Positions 1-10,397 of a stretch of 64,000 nucleotides of DNA are shown one piece after another; the first letter of the stretch is position 1, and the number at the start of each line of letters is the position of its first letter. The stretch is from the NCBI GenBank assembly GCA_965198065.1, contig CBDAON010000004.1:2624001-2688000 (forward strand), read 5' to 3'. This DNA is from Longimicrobiales bacterium. GTDB lineage: Bacteria; Gemmatimonadota; Gemmatimonadetes; Longimicrobiales; Gaopeijiaceae. Below the pieces are notes generated by a model. It worked only from the letters and a program-made list of their open reading frames with translations. It had not been told where the DNA came from and did not search any database. Both the position numbers and the translations under genes were made by a program.

Positions 1-80
1 AGAGATCCCGCACCTTGCCCCGGTGCACGCGCTGGAGCGGGAGCGGGGAGCCGCCGCCGCCCGTTCCCTCCCGCGCCGAC

Positions 81-1589
81 TCAAACACGGACATCGGGCG
101 CTCCCACCGTGCGCTGCGCCTCGGCCCCGTGCTCGCGGAGGGCCGGCTCCACCCAGTCCTCGAAAAAGCGGTCCACCTGTTCCGGAGCCCGCCCGATGAA
201 CCGGTCCGGGGTGAGCAGCGCCTGGACCTTGACCTCATCCAACCCGAACGCCGCGTCGGCCGCGATGCGCTCCACGAGATCGCCCGGCTCGCCCGCGCTC
301 ATGCGCTCCACGGCCGCGAGGGCGTGCCGCCGGATCCGCTCGTGCAGCTCCTGCCGGTCCCCTCCCCTCTCGGTCGCCTGCATCAGCACGGTCTCCATGG
401 CCAGGAAGGGAAGGTGAACCTCCACGTTCCGGCGGATTACGTCTTCGTGGATCTCCAGCCCCTCGGCCACGTTCTCGGCCAGAACGAGCGCGCCGTCCAG
501 CGTGAGGTAGCCGTCTGGGATCGACAGGCGGCGGTTCGCGGAATCGTCCAGGGTTCGCTCCAGCCACTGGGTGGCGGCCGTCATCGCCGGATCCTGGTAG
601 AGCGAGATCACGTGCCGCGCGAGTGCGCAGATGCGCTCCGCGCGCATCGGATTGCGCTTGTAGGGCATGGCCGAGGAGCCGATCTGCTCCTCCTCGAAGG
701 GCTCCTCCACCTCACCGAGATGCTGGAGCAGTCTCAGGTCGTTCCCGAGCTTCGAGAGCGAGGCCGCCGTTCCGGCGAGGGTCCCGGCAATGGCCGCGTC
801 CACCTTGCGAGGGTACGTCTGCCCGCCCACGCCGTAGGTTTCCGGTAAGCCGACCTTCGTCGCCACGAGTTGGTCTAGCGCCTCGACCTTCGCGTGATCC
901 CCATGGAAGAGCTCGAGGAACGACGCCTGCGTACCGGTAGCCCCGCGGACTCCGCGGAATCGGAGCGTCTTCAACCGGAAGCCGATCTCCTCCAGATCGA
1001 GCAGGAGGTCCTGGATCCAGAGGGTAGTCCGCTTTCCGACCGTGGTAGGCTGGGCGGGCTGAAAGTGCGTGTATGCCACGGTCGGGAGGGCTCGGTGATC
1101 CCGGGCGAACGTGGCGAGCGCCCGAACGCATCGGACGACCCGGGCGCGCACGATGGCCAGCGCCTCTCGATGGAGGATCAGATCGGTGTTGTCGCCCAGG
1201 AAGGCCGACGTAGCCCCGAGATGGATGATGCCGCGGGCGGCCGGAGCCGCGTCACCGAAGAGGTGAACGTGTGCCATGACGTCGTGGCGGAAGCGACGCT
1301 CGTAATCGGCCGCGCGGGCGAGGTCCAGGTCGTCCACCGCCGCGCGCATCTGGCGCAGCGCCTCCTCGGAAATCGAGAGCCCGAGCTCCTTCTGGGCCTC
1401 GGCCAGGGCGACCCAGAGCCGCCGCCAGGTGCCGAAGCGGTGGCGGGCGGAGAACACGGACTGCATCTCCCGCGAGGCGTAGCGCTCCGCGAGGGGGTGC
1501 ACGTAGGACGCTGGTCCGGATTCGGTCACGTGGCCGCCGCTCCCCGGCTGCGGGTCACGCGCGGCCCGGACCTCGTCCGCGTCATTCAC
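81..1589 (-). CDS. purB: adenylosuccinate lyase
   Basis: ERYAS...IIHLGATS...YTHFQPAQPTTVGKR...GSSAMPYKRNP fumarate-lyase signature; alternative start near 1529. Confidence 0.95.
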   Translation of the reverse strand: MNDADEVRAARDPQPGSGGHVTESGPASYVHPLAERYASREMQSVFSARHRFGTWRRLWVALAEAQKELGLSISEEALRQMRAAVDDLDLARAADYERRFRHDVMAHVHLFGDAAPAARGIIHLGATSAFLGDNTDLILHREALAIVRARVVRCVRALATFARDHRALPTVAYTHFQPAQPTTVGKRTTLWIQDLLLDLEEIGFRLKTLRFRGVRGATGTQASFLELFHGDHAKVEALDQLVATKVGLPETYGVGGQTYPRKVDAAIAGTLAGTAASLSKLGNDLRLLQHLGEVEEPFEEEQIGSSAMPYKRNPMRAERICALARHVISLYQDPAMTAATQWLERTLDDSANRRLSIPDGYLTLDGALVLAENVAEGLEIHEDVIRRNVEVHLPFLAMETVLMQATERGGDRQELHERIRRHALAAVERMSAGEPGDLVERIAADAAFGLDEVKVQALLTPDRFIGRAPEQVDRFFEDWVEPALREHGAEAQRTVGAPDVRV

Positions 1590-3255
1590 CGAGCACGAAC
1601 TCCTGGGTCGCGATCAGCTGGCCGTTCCGCTCGAGCACGAACTGGATACGGGTGCGCGCGGGGATCTGGCGAAGGAGCGTGGAGAGCTCCTCCGCGCTCC
1701 GGATCGGACGCCGTCCGACGCTTAGGATGACGTCTCCCTCGCGGAGGCCGGTTACGCTCTCGATCTGAGGGGACGAGATGCCCACGACCAGCGCCCCGCT
1801 TTCGGAGCCGATGCGGCGCTCGGCACGGATCGCCGGCGTCAGCGTCACCAGGTCCAGCCCATCGAAGAGGCGGACGCGCTCGGCCCGGAGGGACGGAATC
1901 TCCTCGGCGCTCATCGGCACCGCGCGGGCCCGGCCCTCGATGATCACGGACACCGCATCGCCGACCTGCAGGTCCAGGAGCGCTGCGTCGAAGTCGAGCG
2001 GTGTGACGAGCCGGGTCCCGTTCACCTCGAGGAGACGGTCGCCAGCCTCGATGCCTGCGCCGGCGGCCGGAGACTCGGGCGCGACCTGGGCTACCCGCAC
2101 TTCCCGGGTCCGGCCGAAGGCGTCGGCCTCCTCGGGCTCCGCGTAGATACCGACCCAGGCGCGGCGCACCTGCCCGTAGGCGAGGATGTCCTCGGCGATG
2201 CCGAGCGCCCGCTCGATGGGGATCGCGAACCCCATCCCCTCGCTCCCCCCGCTCCTGGAAAAGATCGAGGTGTTCATGCCGATTACCTGGCCGTCGGCGT
2301 TCACCAGGGGGCTGCCTGAGTTCCCCGGATTGATCGCGGCGTCGGTCTGGATCATCCCCAGGTAGAAGCCTCCCTCGTCGCCCGACGGGACGATGTGCCT
2401 GCCGATCGCGGACGTGACGCCCACGGTGACCGTCGGCTCTGGGTTCGAGAGCAGGTTCCCGAAGGGGTTCCCGAACGCGATCACCCACTCGCCGATCCGG
2501 AGGTCGGCTGTGTTCCCGAGGGGCGCGGCGGTAAGGTTCTCGGCGTCGATCCGGAGGACCGCCACGTCGGTGAGCTCGTCCGTGCCCACGAGCTCCGCTC
2601 CGGCGTCCCGCCCGTCGGGGAAGGTGACGAGGATCTGCTCCGCCCCCGCCACGTCGGTGAGCTCGTCCGTGCCCACGAGCTCCGCTCCGGCGTCCCGCCC
2701 GTCGGGGAAGGTGACGAGGATCTGCTCCGCCCCCGCGACGACGTGGTCGTTCGTGAGGATGATCCCGGACGGGTCGATCACGAACCCCGAGCCGAGGGAG
2801 GGAACCCGGCGCGCCTGGGTCGAGCTGAACGCCCCGAAGGGGAAGAAGCTGAGGAACGGATCCGCGACGCGAACCTGCTCCGTCCGGAGCACGTTGACCG
2901 CCACGACCGACGGCGAGACCAGCTCGGAAGCCCGGACGATCGCCGTCTCTCGACTCTCCGAGATCTGCCGGCCGGCCGAGGAACCCGTGCCCGCTCCGGT
3001 CTGGGGCCGGAGGGGGGCGGCGCCTGCCCTCGCTGACAGGCCGGGCGGAGAAGCCTCGGGGTCCGTCCCCACGGCCTCGCCGGTGGAGAGTGCGCTCCCG
3101 ACGTCGCATCCGGCCAAGGATCCGGCCAACCCCAGGGCTGCGACCACCAGCCAGGACAGCGCCCAAGAGGCGGGGCACGACGTCGGAATCCGAACGACCG
3201 GCTTCATGGTTACCTCCGCTCTCTCTCCTTCCCGTTCCGGATTGCTCCCGGGCAC
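1582..3255 (-). CDS. HtrA/DegP-family trypsin-like serine protease with two PDZ domains (contains an internal 29-aa duplication)
   Basis: GSGFVID, TNDHVV, IQTDAAINPGNSGSPL motifs; PDZ-like C-terminus; start uncertain. Confidence 0.92.
   Translation of the reverse strand: MPGSNPEREGERAEVTMKPVVRIPTSCPASWALSWLVVAALGLAGSLAGCDVGSALSTGEAVGTDPEASPPGLSARAGAAPLRPQTGAGTGSSAGRQISESRETAIVRASELVSPSVVAVNVLRTEQVRVADPFLSFFPFGAFSSTQARRVPSLGSGFVIDPSGIILTNDHVVAGAEQILVTFPDGRDAGAELVGTDELTDVAGAEQILVTFPDGRDAGAELVGTDELTDVAVLRIDAENLTAAPLGNTADLRIGEWVIAFGNPFGNLLSNPEPTVTVGVTSAIGRHIVPSGDEGGFYLGMIQTDAAINPGNSGSPLVNADGQVIGMNTSIFSRSGGSEGMGFAIPIERALGIAEDILAYGQVRRAWVGIYAEPEEADAFGRTREVRVAQVAPESPAAGAGIEAGDRLLEVNGTRLVTPLDFDAALLDLQVGDAVSVIIEGRARAVPMSAEEIPSLRAERVRLFDGLDLVTLTPAIRAERRIGSESGALVVGISSPQIESVTGLREGDVILSVGRRPIRSAEELSTLLRQIPARTRIQFVLERNGQLIATQEFVLGE
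2559..2736. repeat. perfect 87-bp tandem duplication inside the HtrA protease domain
   Basis: GCCACGTCGGTGAGCTCG... starts at 2561 and again at 2648; peptide AGAEQILVTFPDGRDAGAELVGTDELTDV occurs twice. Confidence 0.95.
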
Positions 3256-3262
3256 ACCGAGC

Positions 3263-3919
3263 TCAGATCTCTTTCCCGAGCGACTTCCAGTCGGCGAGGA
3301 ACTGGTCCAGTCCCCTGTCCGTGAGCGGGTGCTTCAGGAGCTGGTACAGCACCTTGGGCGGCAGAGTTGCGCAGTCGGCCCCGATCAGCATGGCCTCGCG
3401 CACGTGGCGCGGGTGTCGGAGCGAAGCCGCGAGGACCTCGGTCTCGATCCCGTATTCGTCGTACACGGACCGGATCTCCTCCACGAGCTCCATCCCGCTC
3501 TGTCCGACGTCGTCCATTCGGCCCACGAACGGGGAGATGTACGTGGCCCCGGCCTTGGCCGCGACGAGCGCCTGCACGGTGGAGAAGCAGAGCGTGACGT
3601 TCACCCGGATCCCTTCCGCCCGGAGGCTCCGACAGGCTCGAAGCCCGTGTTCGGTGAGCGGTGTCTTCACCACGATGTTGTCGTGGATCTCCGCGAGCTT
3701 CTTCCCTTCTCTCACCATGCCTTCGGCGTCGAGCGCGATGACTTCGGCAGACACGGGCCCGTCCACGGCCTCGCAGATGGCGAGGAAGATCCCACGCGGA
3801 TCCGCGTCGCCCGCGACCTGGGCCATGAGCGAGGGATTCGTGGTAATCCCGTCGATGAGACCCGCCTCGGAGGCGCGCCGGATCTCGGCCAGATCGGCCG
3901 TGTCCAGAAAGATCTTCAT
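3263..3919 (-). CDS. fsa: transaldolase / fructose-6-phosphate aldolase (short type)
   Basis: MKIFLDTAD...GITTNPSL...VNVTLCFS...YISPFVGR; ATG at 3919 overlaps the truA stop. Confidence 0.93.
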   Translation of the reverse strand: MKIFLDTADLAEIRRASEAGLIDGITTNPSLMAQVAGDADPRGIFLAICEAVDGPVSAEVIALDAEGMVREGKKLAEIHDNIVVKTPLTEHGLRACRSLRAEGIRVNVTLCFSTVQALVAAKAGATYISPFVGRMDDVGQSGMELVEEIRSVYDEYGIETEVLAASLRHPRHVREAMLIGADCATLPPKVLYQLLKHPLTDRGLDQFLADWKSLGKEI

Positions 3920-4785
3920 CCGCTCCCCCCCAGAGTTGGCGTGCGTTTCCGCGGGCCGGCCGATCTCGCCTCGACTCCGGCGTCTCTCGGATCCCGGTCG
4001 GAGTCGTCCCCGAGACGAGCGAGGGGATACTCCACGTGGGTCAGAAAGAGCCCCTCGGGCGGGGCGGGGGGCGAGGTGACAAACCCCCCGCCGCGGCTGT
4101 CGAGGAGCACCCTCATCTCGTCCAGGGAGCGCTTCCCGCGCGCCACTTCGACCATCGTCCCTACCAGGTAGCGCACCATGTGGTGGAGGAAGCGGTCCGC
4201 CGTGACGACGAACCGGAGCCCCGGCCCGGTCCAGGGCCGCCATCGAGCTTCCGTGACACGGCAGCGCTCGCCACGATCGGGCTGACCCGACTTAGCGAAG
4301 CTCTGGAAGGATCGCTCTCCTGGAATCATCTCGGAGGCCTCGAGCAGGAGCTCCCGATCGGGCGGGGCGGCGGACACGTTCCAGCACCACGGGTGGAAGA
4401 AAGGGGAGGCGGCCTCCCGCTCCGTGCCCAGTCGGTATTCGTAGCTGCGCGCCATAGCGTCGTAGCGGGGATGGAAGCGCGGCTCAGCGCGGCGCGCCTC
4501 GGATACCCAGATCTCAGCCGGGAGACGAGCGTTCAGGGCCGCGCGAAACTCTGCCGCGGACCAGCGCTCCGGAACGTCCACCGAGGCGACCTGACCGAGG
4601 GCGTGCACCCCCGTGTCCGTCCGTCCCGATCCCGTCACGAGGCGCGGGGCCCCGGTCAGATGGAGGAGCGCTGCCTCAATCTCCCCCTGAACGGTCCGGT
4701 CCGACTTCTGTCGCTGCCATCCGCGGAAGGGCGCACCATCGTACTGCACGGTTAAGCAGAAGCGCAGGAGCTCCGGGTCGGTCAC
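3916..4785 (-). CDS. truA: tRNA pseudouridine(38-40) synthase
   Basis: YDGAPFRGWQRQ, GSGRTDTGVHALGQV, FLHHMVR, APPEGLFL. Confidence 0.95.
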   Translation of the reverse strand: MTDPELLRFCLTVQYDGAPFRGWQRQKSDRTVQGEIEAALLHLTGAPRLVTGSGRTDTGVHALGQVASVDVPERWSAAEFRAALNARLPAEIWVSEARRAEPRFHPRYDAMARSYEYRLGTEREAASPFFHPWCWNVSAAPPDRELLLEASEMIPGERSFQSFAKSGQPDRGERCRVTEARWRPWTGPGLRFVVTADRFLHHMVRYLVGTMVEVARGKRSLDEMRVLLDSRGGGFVTSPPAPPEGLFLTHVEYPLARLGDDSDRDPRDAGVEARSAGPRKRTPTLGGSG

Positions 4786-5083
4786 GCCGAAAAGGTAGAT
4801 CGGCGGTAGGCGATGTCAAGCGAGGTTCGGGGGCTACGACGGAGGGCTGTCCGAACCCGCGCCACGGCCAGAGAGTCGCCCGTTTCCGCGACCTTCCGTA
4901 CCAGCGTCTGGTCTCGGCCACCGACTTGTTGGCGAGGTGGCCCGGACGCAGCCGCAAGCTCGTGCCCTTCCTCGTGGCGCACTCGCGAACCAGACTCCGT
5001 TCGCCGTGATGGCGCATGTTGGTCAAGATTCAGCTTGAGGATGGGCATCGCTTCGACCCAGCTGGAATGCGAGGACTGGCGAG

Positions 5084-5710
5084 ATGGGAACGGACCTTAA
5101 GGACCACTGGGAGAAAGTGTATGCTGCCAGGGCACTAACCGATGTGAGCTGGTATCAGTCCGATCCACGCCTCTCTCTCGACTTGGTTACGCAGGTAGCT
5201 CCGAGCAGGTCGTCTCGCATCATCGATGTGGGCGGTGGCACCTCCTCGTTGGTTGATCGACTGGTCGAATTGGGCTACAGCGGTCTTACCGTCCTGGATC
5301 TCTCGGGACGCGCCCTTTCGGTCGCGCGACGTCGCCTGGGTGACCAGGAGGCACCTGTCCAATGGTTGGAGTCGGATGTGCTTAGGGTCACGTTGCAAGG
5401 GCGATACGACGTCTGGCACGACAGAGCGGTCTTCCACTTCTTGATCGACCGGGATGATCGCCGCCGGTACGTTGATAAAGCCGCGCGGTCGGTACGCCCA
5501 GGCGGCCATGTCATCGTGGCCACCTTTTCGGACGGTGGTCCGACCAAGTGTAGTGGCCTGGACGTGATGACGTACAATCCGCAGAGTCTTCAGAGCGAGT
5601 TCGGCGACCGATTCGAGCTCCATGGAACTCACTACGAGATGCACGAGACTCCTGCTGGATCGACGCAGGCTTTTGTGTACTGCTCATTTCAGACGACGGC
5701 CACACCGTGA
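5084..5710 (+). CDS. class I SAM-dependent methyltransferase
   Basis: HWEKVY...VSWYQ...IIDVGGG...YDVWHDRAVFHFL; visibly lower GC than flanking genes. Confidence 0.9.
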   Translation: MGTDLKDHWEKVYAARALTDVSWYQSDPRLSLDLVTQVAPSRSSRIIDVGGGTSSLVDRLVELGYSGLTVLDLSGRALSVARRRLGDQEAPVQWLESDVLRVTLQGRYDVWHDRAVFHFLIDRDDRRRYVDKAARSVRPGGHVIVATFSDGGPTKCSGLDVMTYNPQSLQSEFGDRFELHGTHYEMHETPAGSTQAFVYCSFQTTATP

Positions 5711-5809
5711 GCCCACCGGGTCTCGGCTGTACCCTGGTCACGGCGCAGTCGAGAGTCGGACTCAGGGAACCCGGAAGCCCGGTCGATCACTCAATAGGAC
5801 GTCAACGTC

Positions 5810-6847
5810 ATGGAGCTTTCAACGCTCATCGGGAAGGTCACGGAGGGGCACGATCTGAGCGTCCCCGAGGCCACCGCGGCCTTCGGCATGGTCATGTCGG
5901 GGGACGCGTCACCCGTGCAGATCGCGGCTCTGCTTGCCGCGCTCCGTACGAAAGGACACGCGGCCTCCGAGGTGGCCGGCGGGGTCCAGGCCCTCCGGGA
6001 CGAGATGATCCGGGTGGAGGCCTCGACCGACCGGGTTCTCGTTGACACCTGTGGGACGGGGGGTGGCTCCGTCACCACGTTCAATATCTCGACGGCCGCG
6101 GCTTTCGTCGTGGCCGGGGCGGGCGTCGGGGTCGCGAAGCACGGGAATCGGTCCTTCACGTCGAAGAGCGGGAGTGCCGACGTGCTCGAGGCCCTCGGCG
6201 TGAACATCCAGCTCACCGCAGACGCCATGGGACGCATCCTGGGCGACATCGGGATCGTGTTCATGTTCGCGCCCCTCCTGCACCCGGCCATGCGCCATGT
6301 CGGCCCCGTCCGGAAGGAGCTGGGCATCCCCACGATCATGAACCTGCTCGGGCCGCTCACGAACCCGGCGGGGGTGAGGCGGCAGGTGGTGGGGGTCGCG
6401 GACCCGGCCCTGGTGCCCCTGCTCGCAAGCGCGCTCCGTGAGCTCGGGCACGAGCGTGCGATGGTCGTGCACGGAGCTCCCGGGATGGACGAGCTGAGCC
6501 CGCTTGGGTCCACCCGGGTGGCCGAGCTCGTGGACGGGGAAGTGCGGGAGTGGAGCGTGCGTCCCGAGGAGGTCGGGGTGCCGCTCGCGTGGCCGGAGGA
6601 GATCGCCGGCGGGTCGCCCGAGGAGAACGCGATCCGGATCGAGGCCGTGCTCGGGGGCGAGGATACGGGCGGGGCGCTTTCCGTGACGCTCCTGAACGCG
6701 GCGGCGGGTCTTTACGTGGCCGGAGCCGTTTCGTCGCTCGAGGAAGGAGTGGATCTGGCCCGCGAGGTCATCGCCTCCGGGGCGGCGCGCCGCTCGCTCG
6801 AGGCTCTAGCTCGGGCGGCTTCGTCCGAGCCCGCTCCCGAATCCTGA
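5810..6847 (+). CDS. trpD: anthranilate phosphoribosyltransferase
   Basis: DTCGTGG, TFNIST, AKHGNRS...SGSADVLEALG, NLLGPLTNP. Confidence 0.96.
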   Translation: MELSTLIGKVTEGHDLSVPEATAAFGMVMSGDASPVQIAALLAALRTKGHAASEVAGGVQALRDEMIRVEASTDRVLVDTCGTGGGSVTTFNISTAAAFVVAGAGVGVAKHGNRSFTSKSGSADVLEALGVNIQLTADAMGRILGDIGIVFMFAPLLHPAMRHVGPVRKELGIPTIMNLLGPLTNPAGVRRQVVGVADPALVPLLASALRELGHERAMVVHGAPGMDELSPLGSTRVAELVDGEVREWSVRPEEVGVPLAWPEEIAGGSPEENAIRIEAVLGGEDTGGALSVTLLNAAAGLYVAGAVSSLEEGVDLAREVIASGAARRSLEALARAASSEPAPES

Positions 6848-6958
6848 TCAGCGCGGCGACCGACCACGGTCCGGGCGGCGGCCGGAGATCGGGCCCTCGG
6901 GTCACAATGACCTTCGAGAGGCTCCCCCGGATCGAGCCCGCTGCAAAGGGGGTGCGCA

Positions 6959-7567
6959 TCAGTAGCGACGGATCACGCCCACCACCACGCCCTGGACGCG
7001 GACGCGGTCGGCCGCGAAGAGCATCGGCTGAAGCCTTTCGTTCGCCGGCTGTAGCCGGACGCGTCCCTCGGGCTCCCGGTAGAACTTCTTCACGGTTGCG
7101 GAGTCGCCGTCCACGAGGGCCACGACCATCTCGCCGTCCTCAGCCGTCGAGCGGCTGTTCACTATGATGTAATCCCCGTCCCGGATCTGCTCGTCGATCA
7201 TCGAGTTCCCCGCGACCCGGAGCACGTAGTTTTCGCCACCCTTCCGGAGCAGGTCGGGGGGGACGAGGATCGATTCGCGGTTCGAGATCGCCTCGATGGG
7301 CTGCCCCGCCGCGACCTCGCCCAGGAGAGCAAGCTCGACCCCTGCGGGGGCCGAACCGGCGTCCACGAGCTCGATCGATCGGCTCTCGTTGTATGCCTTC
7401 CGGATGTAGCCCTTGCGCGCGAGATTACTTACATGTTCGTGGACGGTGGCCAGGGAGCCGTACCCGAACGCCGCCGCGATCTCCTCGAAGCTCGGTGCGT
7501 ACCCGCGATCCTCGATGTATCCACTCAGGTAATCAAGGATCTCCTTCTGTCGTTTGGTCAGAGCCAT
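6959..7567 (-). CDS. lexA: SOS repressor LexA
   Basis: MALTKRQKEILDYL...GYAPSFEEI; VAAG cleavage site; GNSM (Ser) and ATVKK (Lys) catalytic motifs. Confidence 0.96.
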   Translation of the reverse strand: MALTKRQKEILDYLSGYIEDRGYAPSFEEIAAAFGYGSLATVHEHVSNLARKGYIRKAYNESRSIELVDAGSAPAGVELALLGEVAAGQPIEAISNRESILVPPDLLRKGGENYVLRVAGNSMIDEQIRDGDYIIVNSRSTAEDGEMVVALVDGDSATVKKFYREPEGRVRLQPANERLQPMLFAADRVRVQGVVVGVIRRY

Positions 7568-7590
7568 CCGCGCCTCCGGTGAAAGCTGGC

Positions 7591-7633
7591 CCGAATAGGA
7601 ACCGAAATTAGGATAACCCGAAAGTTGCCCGAA
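7591..7633. promoter_or_regulatory. two CCGAA-N6-CCGAA direct-repeat sites, candidate LexA operators, in the lexA/trpC divergent region
   Basis: CCGAA at 7591 and 7602, and at 7618 and 7629; each pair has an 11-bp period; directly upstream of lexA. Confidence 0.6.
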
Positions 7634-8512
7634 GCACAAGGACCTGGGATCCGGGTCCCGACCCCTGCGCCGCCCGGGGCCGAAGGAAAGCCGGCGGACA
7701 TCCTGGACCGGATCGTCGCCACGAAGCGGCGCGAGATCGAGGAGCTCCTCCCGCGCCTGAGCGAGATCCGATCGCGGGCCGAGCGCGCCGCCCCGGCGAG
7801 GGGTTTCGCTCAGGCGCTCAAGCGGAGCTCCGTCGCCCTGATCGCGGAGGTGAAGCGTCGATCACCGGGCGCCGGAGCGATCCGGCCCGGCCTGGACCCC
7901 GCGGAGCTCGCCCGGGAGTACCAGGCCGCGGGGGCGTCGGCCATCTCTGTCCTGACCGACCGCGAATACTTCCAGGGTTCGCTGGAGGACCTCTCCCGCG
8001 TTCGGGATGCCGTGGAGGTCCCGGTATTGAGGAAGGACTTCGTCTTGAGCGATGCCCAGGTTTGGGAGTCCAGGGGAGCGGGCGCGGATGCCGTCCTCCT
8101 GATCGTTCGGATCCTGGGAGACGACCAGCTCGCCGGGCTTTGCGCTCTGTCCGAGGAACTCGGCATGGCCGCCCTGGTCGAGGTCCACGACGCCTCGGAG
8201 CTTCGCCGCGCGCTGGCCGTGGGCGCGCGGCTTGTCGGGATCAACAACCGTGACCTCGCGACGTTCCGGGCGACCATCGAGACGACGCTCGGCCTCGCTC
8301 ACCAAGTTCCGGACGGGGTGACCCTCGTCTCGGAGAGTGGTATCCGCGACCCGGACGACGTGCGTCGACTGGGCGCCGAGGGCGTCGAGGCCGCTCTCGT
8401 CGGCGAGGCGCTGCTTCGCGCGGGGAGCCCGGCCGACAAGGCGCGTGAGCTTTCCGCGGTCCCGAGGCATGGCGCCGGGAGGCACGGCACCGGAAGGAAG
8501 GGCCTCCGCTGA
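7625..8512 (+). CDS. trpC: indole-3-glycerol phosphate synthase
   Basis: [38 protein letters not shown] start uncertain. Confidence 0.95.
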   Translation: MPEAQGPGIRVPTPAPPGAEGKPADILDRIVATKRREIEELLPRLSEIRSRAERAAPARGFAQALKRSSVALIAEVKRRSPGAGAIRPGLDPAELAREYQAAGASAISVLTDREYFQGSLEDLSRVRDAVEVPVLRKDFVLSDAQVWESRGAGADAVLLIVRILGDDQLAGLCALSEELGMAALVEVHDASELRRALAVGARLVGINNRDLATFRATIETTLGLAHQVPDGVTLVSESGIRDPDDVRRLGAEGVEAALVGEALLRAGSPADKARELSAVPRHGAGRHGTGRKGLR

Positions 8513-8514
8513 GG

Positions 8515-9162
8515 GTGAAGATCTGCGGGGTGACCCGCCCGGACGACGCTCGGGTCGCGGAGCGGGCCGGCGCTTCTCACGTCGGCGCGGTCCTCGTGCC
8601 CGCGTCTACCCGGGCCGTGACGCCCGAGCGGGCGGCCGCGCTCTACGACGCGATCGGGCTTCCCCTCGTGATCGTAGTTGCCGATCTGAGCGCGGCCGAG
8701 GCCGCGGCTTCCGCGACGGAGGCACGCGCTCGCGTGATCCAGCTCCACGGCGGCGAGCCCCCCGAGCGTCTCAGAGAGCTGCGCGAGCGAGGACCGTGGG
8801 AGCTCTGGAAGGCGGCCCGCGTTCGCGGCGCGGACGACATCGAGCGGGCCGTGGAGCGCTTCGGTGCCGAGGTCGATCTCCTCCTTCTGGACGGTTGGCA
8901 TCCGGACGGCCTGGGGGGCATGGGCCGGCGCTTCCCGTGGGAGGCCCTCGCCGCGGCTCGGGACGCGCTCCGGGAGCAGGTCCCGATCGGGGTTGGTGGA
9001 GGGCTCACCCCCGAGAACGTTGCGGAGGCCGTGGCCAGCCTCCATCCCGCCGTCGTGGACGTGAGCTCGGGGGTCGAGGTCGCGCCCGGTGTGAAGGACC
9101 CGGACCGGATCCGCGCGTTCGTCCGGAACGCAACCCACGCCCAGGCAGAGGCGCGGTCGTGA
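8515..9162 (+). CDS. trpF: phosphoribosylanthranilate isomerase
   Basis: [29 protein letters not shown]. Confidence 0.95.
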   Translation: MKICGVTRPDDARVAERAGASHVGAVLVPASTRAVTPERAAALYDAIGLPLVIVVADLSAAEAAASATEARARVIQLHGGEPPERLRELRERGPWELWKAARVRGADDIERAVERFGAEVDLLLLDGWHPDGLGGMGRRFPWEALAAARDALREQVPIGVGGGLTPENVAEAVASLHPAVVDVSSGVEVAPGVKDPDRIRAFVRNATHAQAEARS

Positions 9163-10397
9163 GCGCCGGTCTCGACCGGCGGTTCGGTCGCTTCGGCGGC
9201 CGCTACGTGCCCGAGACGCTCATCGCGGCGCTGGACGAGCTCGAGGCCGCGTACACCCAGGCGCTCGCGGATCCCGGGTTCCAGTCCGAGCTCGGCTCCC
9301 TTCTCCGGGACTTCGTCGGCCGCCCGTCGCCGCTCACCCGCGCGCGCCGGCTCGAGGAGGCCGCCGGATGGGGTCCGATCTACCTGAAGCGCGAGGATCT
9401 GAACCACACCGGGGCGCACAAGATCAACAACACGATCGGACAGGCCCTCCTCGCGCGCCAGATGGGGAAGCGTCGGATCATCGCGGAGACCGGAGCGGGC
9501 CAGCACGGGGTGGCCACCGCAACCGCGTGCGTGCTGTTCGACATGGAGTGCGTGGTCTACATGGGAACCGAGGACGTGGAGCGCCAGGCGCTGAACGTCT
9601 TCCGGATGGAGCTCCTCGGTGCAGAGGTCCGGCCGGTGGAATCCGGGACCCGGACCCTGAAGGACGCGACGAACGAGGCGATCCGGGACTGGGTCACTAA
9701 CGTCGGCACGACCCATTACATCATCGGCTCGGTCGTGGGTCCGGCCCCGTTCCCCCGGATCGTCCGGGACTTCCAGTCGGTCATCGGGACGGAGGCGAGG
9801 GCGCAGATCCTCGAGGTCGAAGGCCGCCTCCCGTCCGCCGTGGTCGCGTGCGTGGGCGGAGGCTCGAACGCGATGGGGGCCTTCCACGCTTTCGTGGACG
9901 ATCCTGGGGTCGAGCTCGTCGGGGTGGAGGCGGCGGGAGAGGGGATTGGGTCGGGACGGCACTCGGCCTCCCTTGCGGCGGGCACGCCGGGGATCCTTCA
10001 CGGGTCGTTCTCGTATCTCCTTCAGGATGAGGATGGCCAGGTGGCTCCGGCGCACTCGATCTCCGCGGGTCTGGACTATCCCGGAGTCGGGCCCGAACAT
10101 TCCTTTCTGAAGGAGGCCGGGCGGGCCAGGTACGTGTCCGTGGACGACGTGGCCGCGCTCCAGGCCTTCCATCGTCTTTCAGAGCTGGAAGGCATCATTC
10201 CGGCGCTCGAGACGGCTCACGCCGTTGCCTATCTGCTGCTGGGTGGCGGACGGGAGGAAATCGGGCGTGGGCCGGTTCTGCTTTGTCTGAGCGGTAGGGG
10301 CGACAAGGACGTGACACACGTGGCCAGAGTCGAGGGAAGGGAACTCGCGCGGGACCAGGTGCCGCTGGCCGCACCACACACCTCGGGACAAGCATGA
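9159..10397 (+). CDS. trpB: tryptophan synthase beta chain
   Basis: [51 protein letters not shown] start overlaps the trpF stop. Confidence 0.97.
   Translation: MSAGLDRRFGRFGGRYVPETLIAALDELEAAYTQALADPGFQSELGSLLRDFVGRPSPLTRARRLEEAAGWGPIYLKREDLNHTGAHKINNTIGQALLARQMGKRRIIAETGAGQHGVATATACVLFDMECVVYMGTEDVERQALNVFRMELLGAEVRPVESGTRTLKDATNEAIRDWVTNVGTTHYIIGSVVGPAPFPRIVRDFQSVIGTEARAQILEVEGRLPSAVVACVGGGSNAMGAFHAFVDDPGVELVGVEAAGEGIGSGRHSASLAAGTPGILHGSFSYLLQDEDGQVAPAHSISAGLDYPGVGPEHSFLKEAGRARYVSVDDVAALQAFHRLSELEGIIPALETAHAVAYLLLGGGREEIGRGPVLLCLSGRGDKDVTHVARVEGRELARDQVPLAAPHTSGQA

Noticed and set aside
8337..9158. Long N-terminal extensions of trpB, and likewise panB (15257), phoH (22535), fsa (4243) and bioF (35192), in the ORF track
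   Set aside because: Open-frame artefacts of high GC that overlap real genes; the conserved domains start at later codons.
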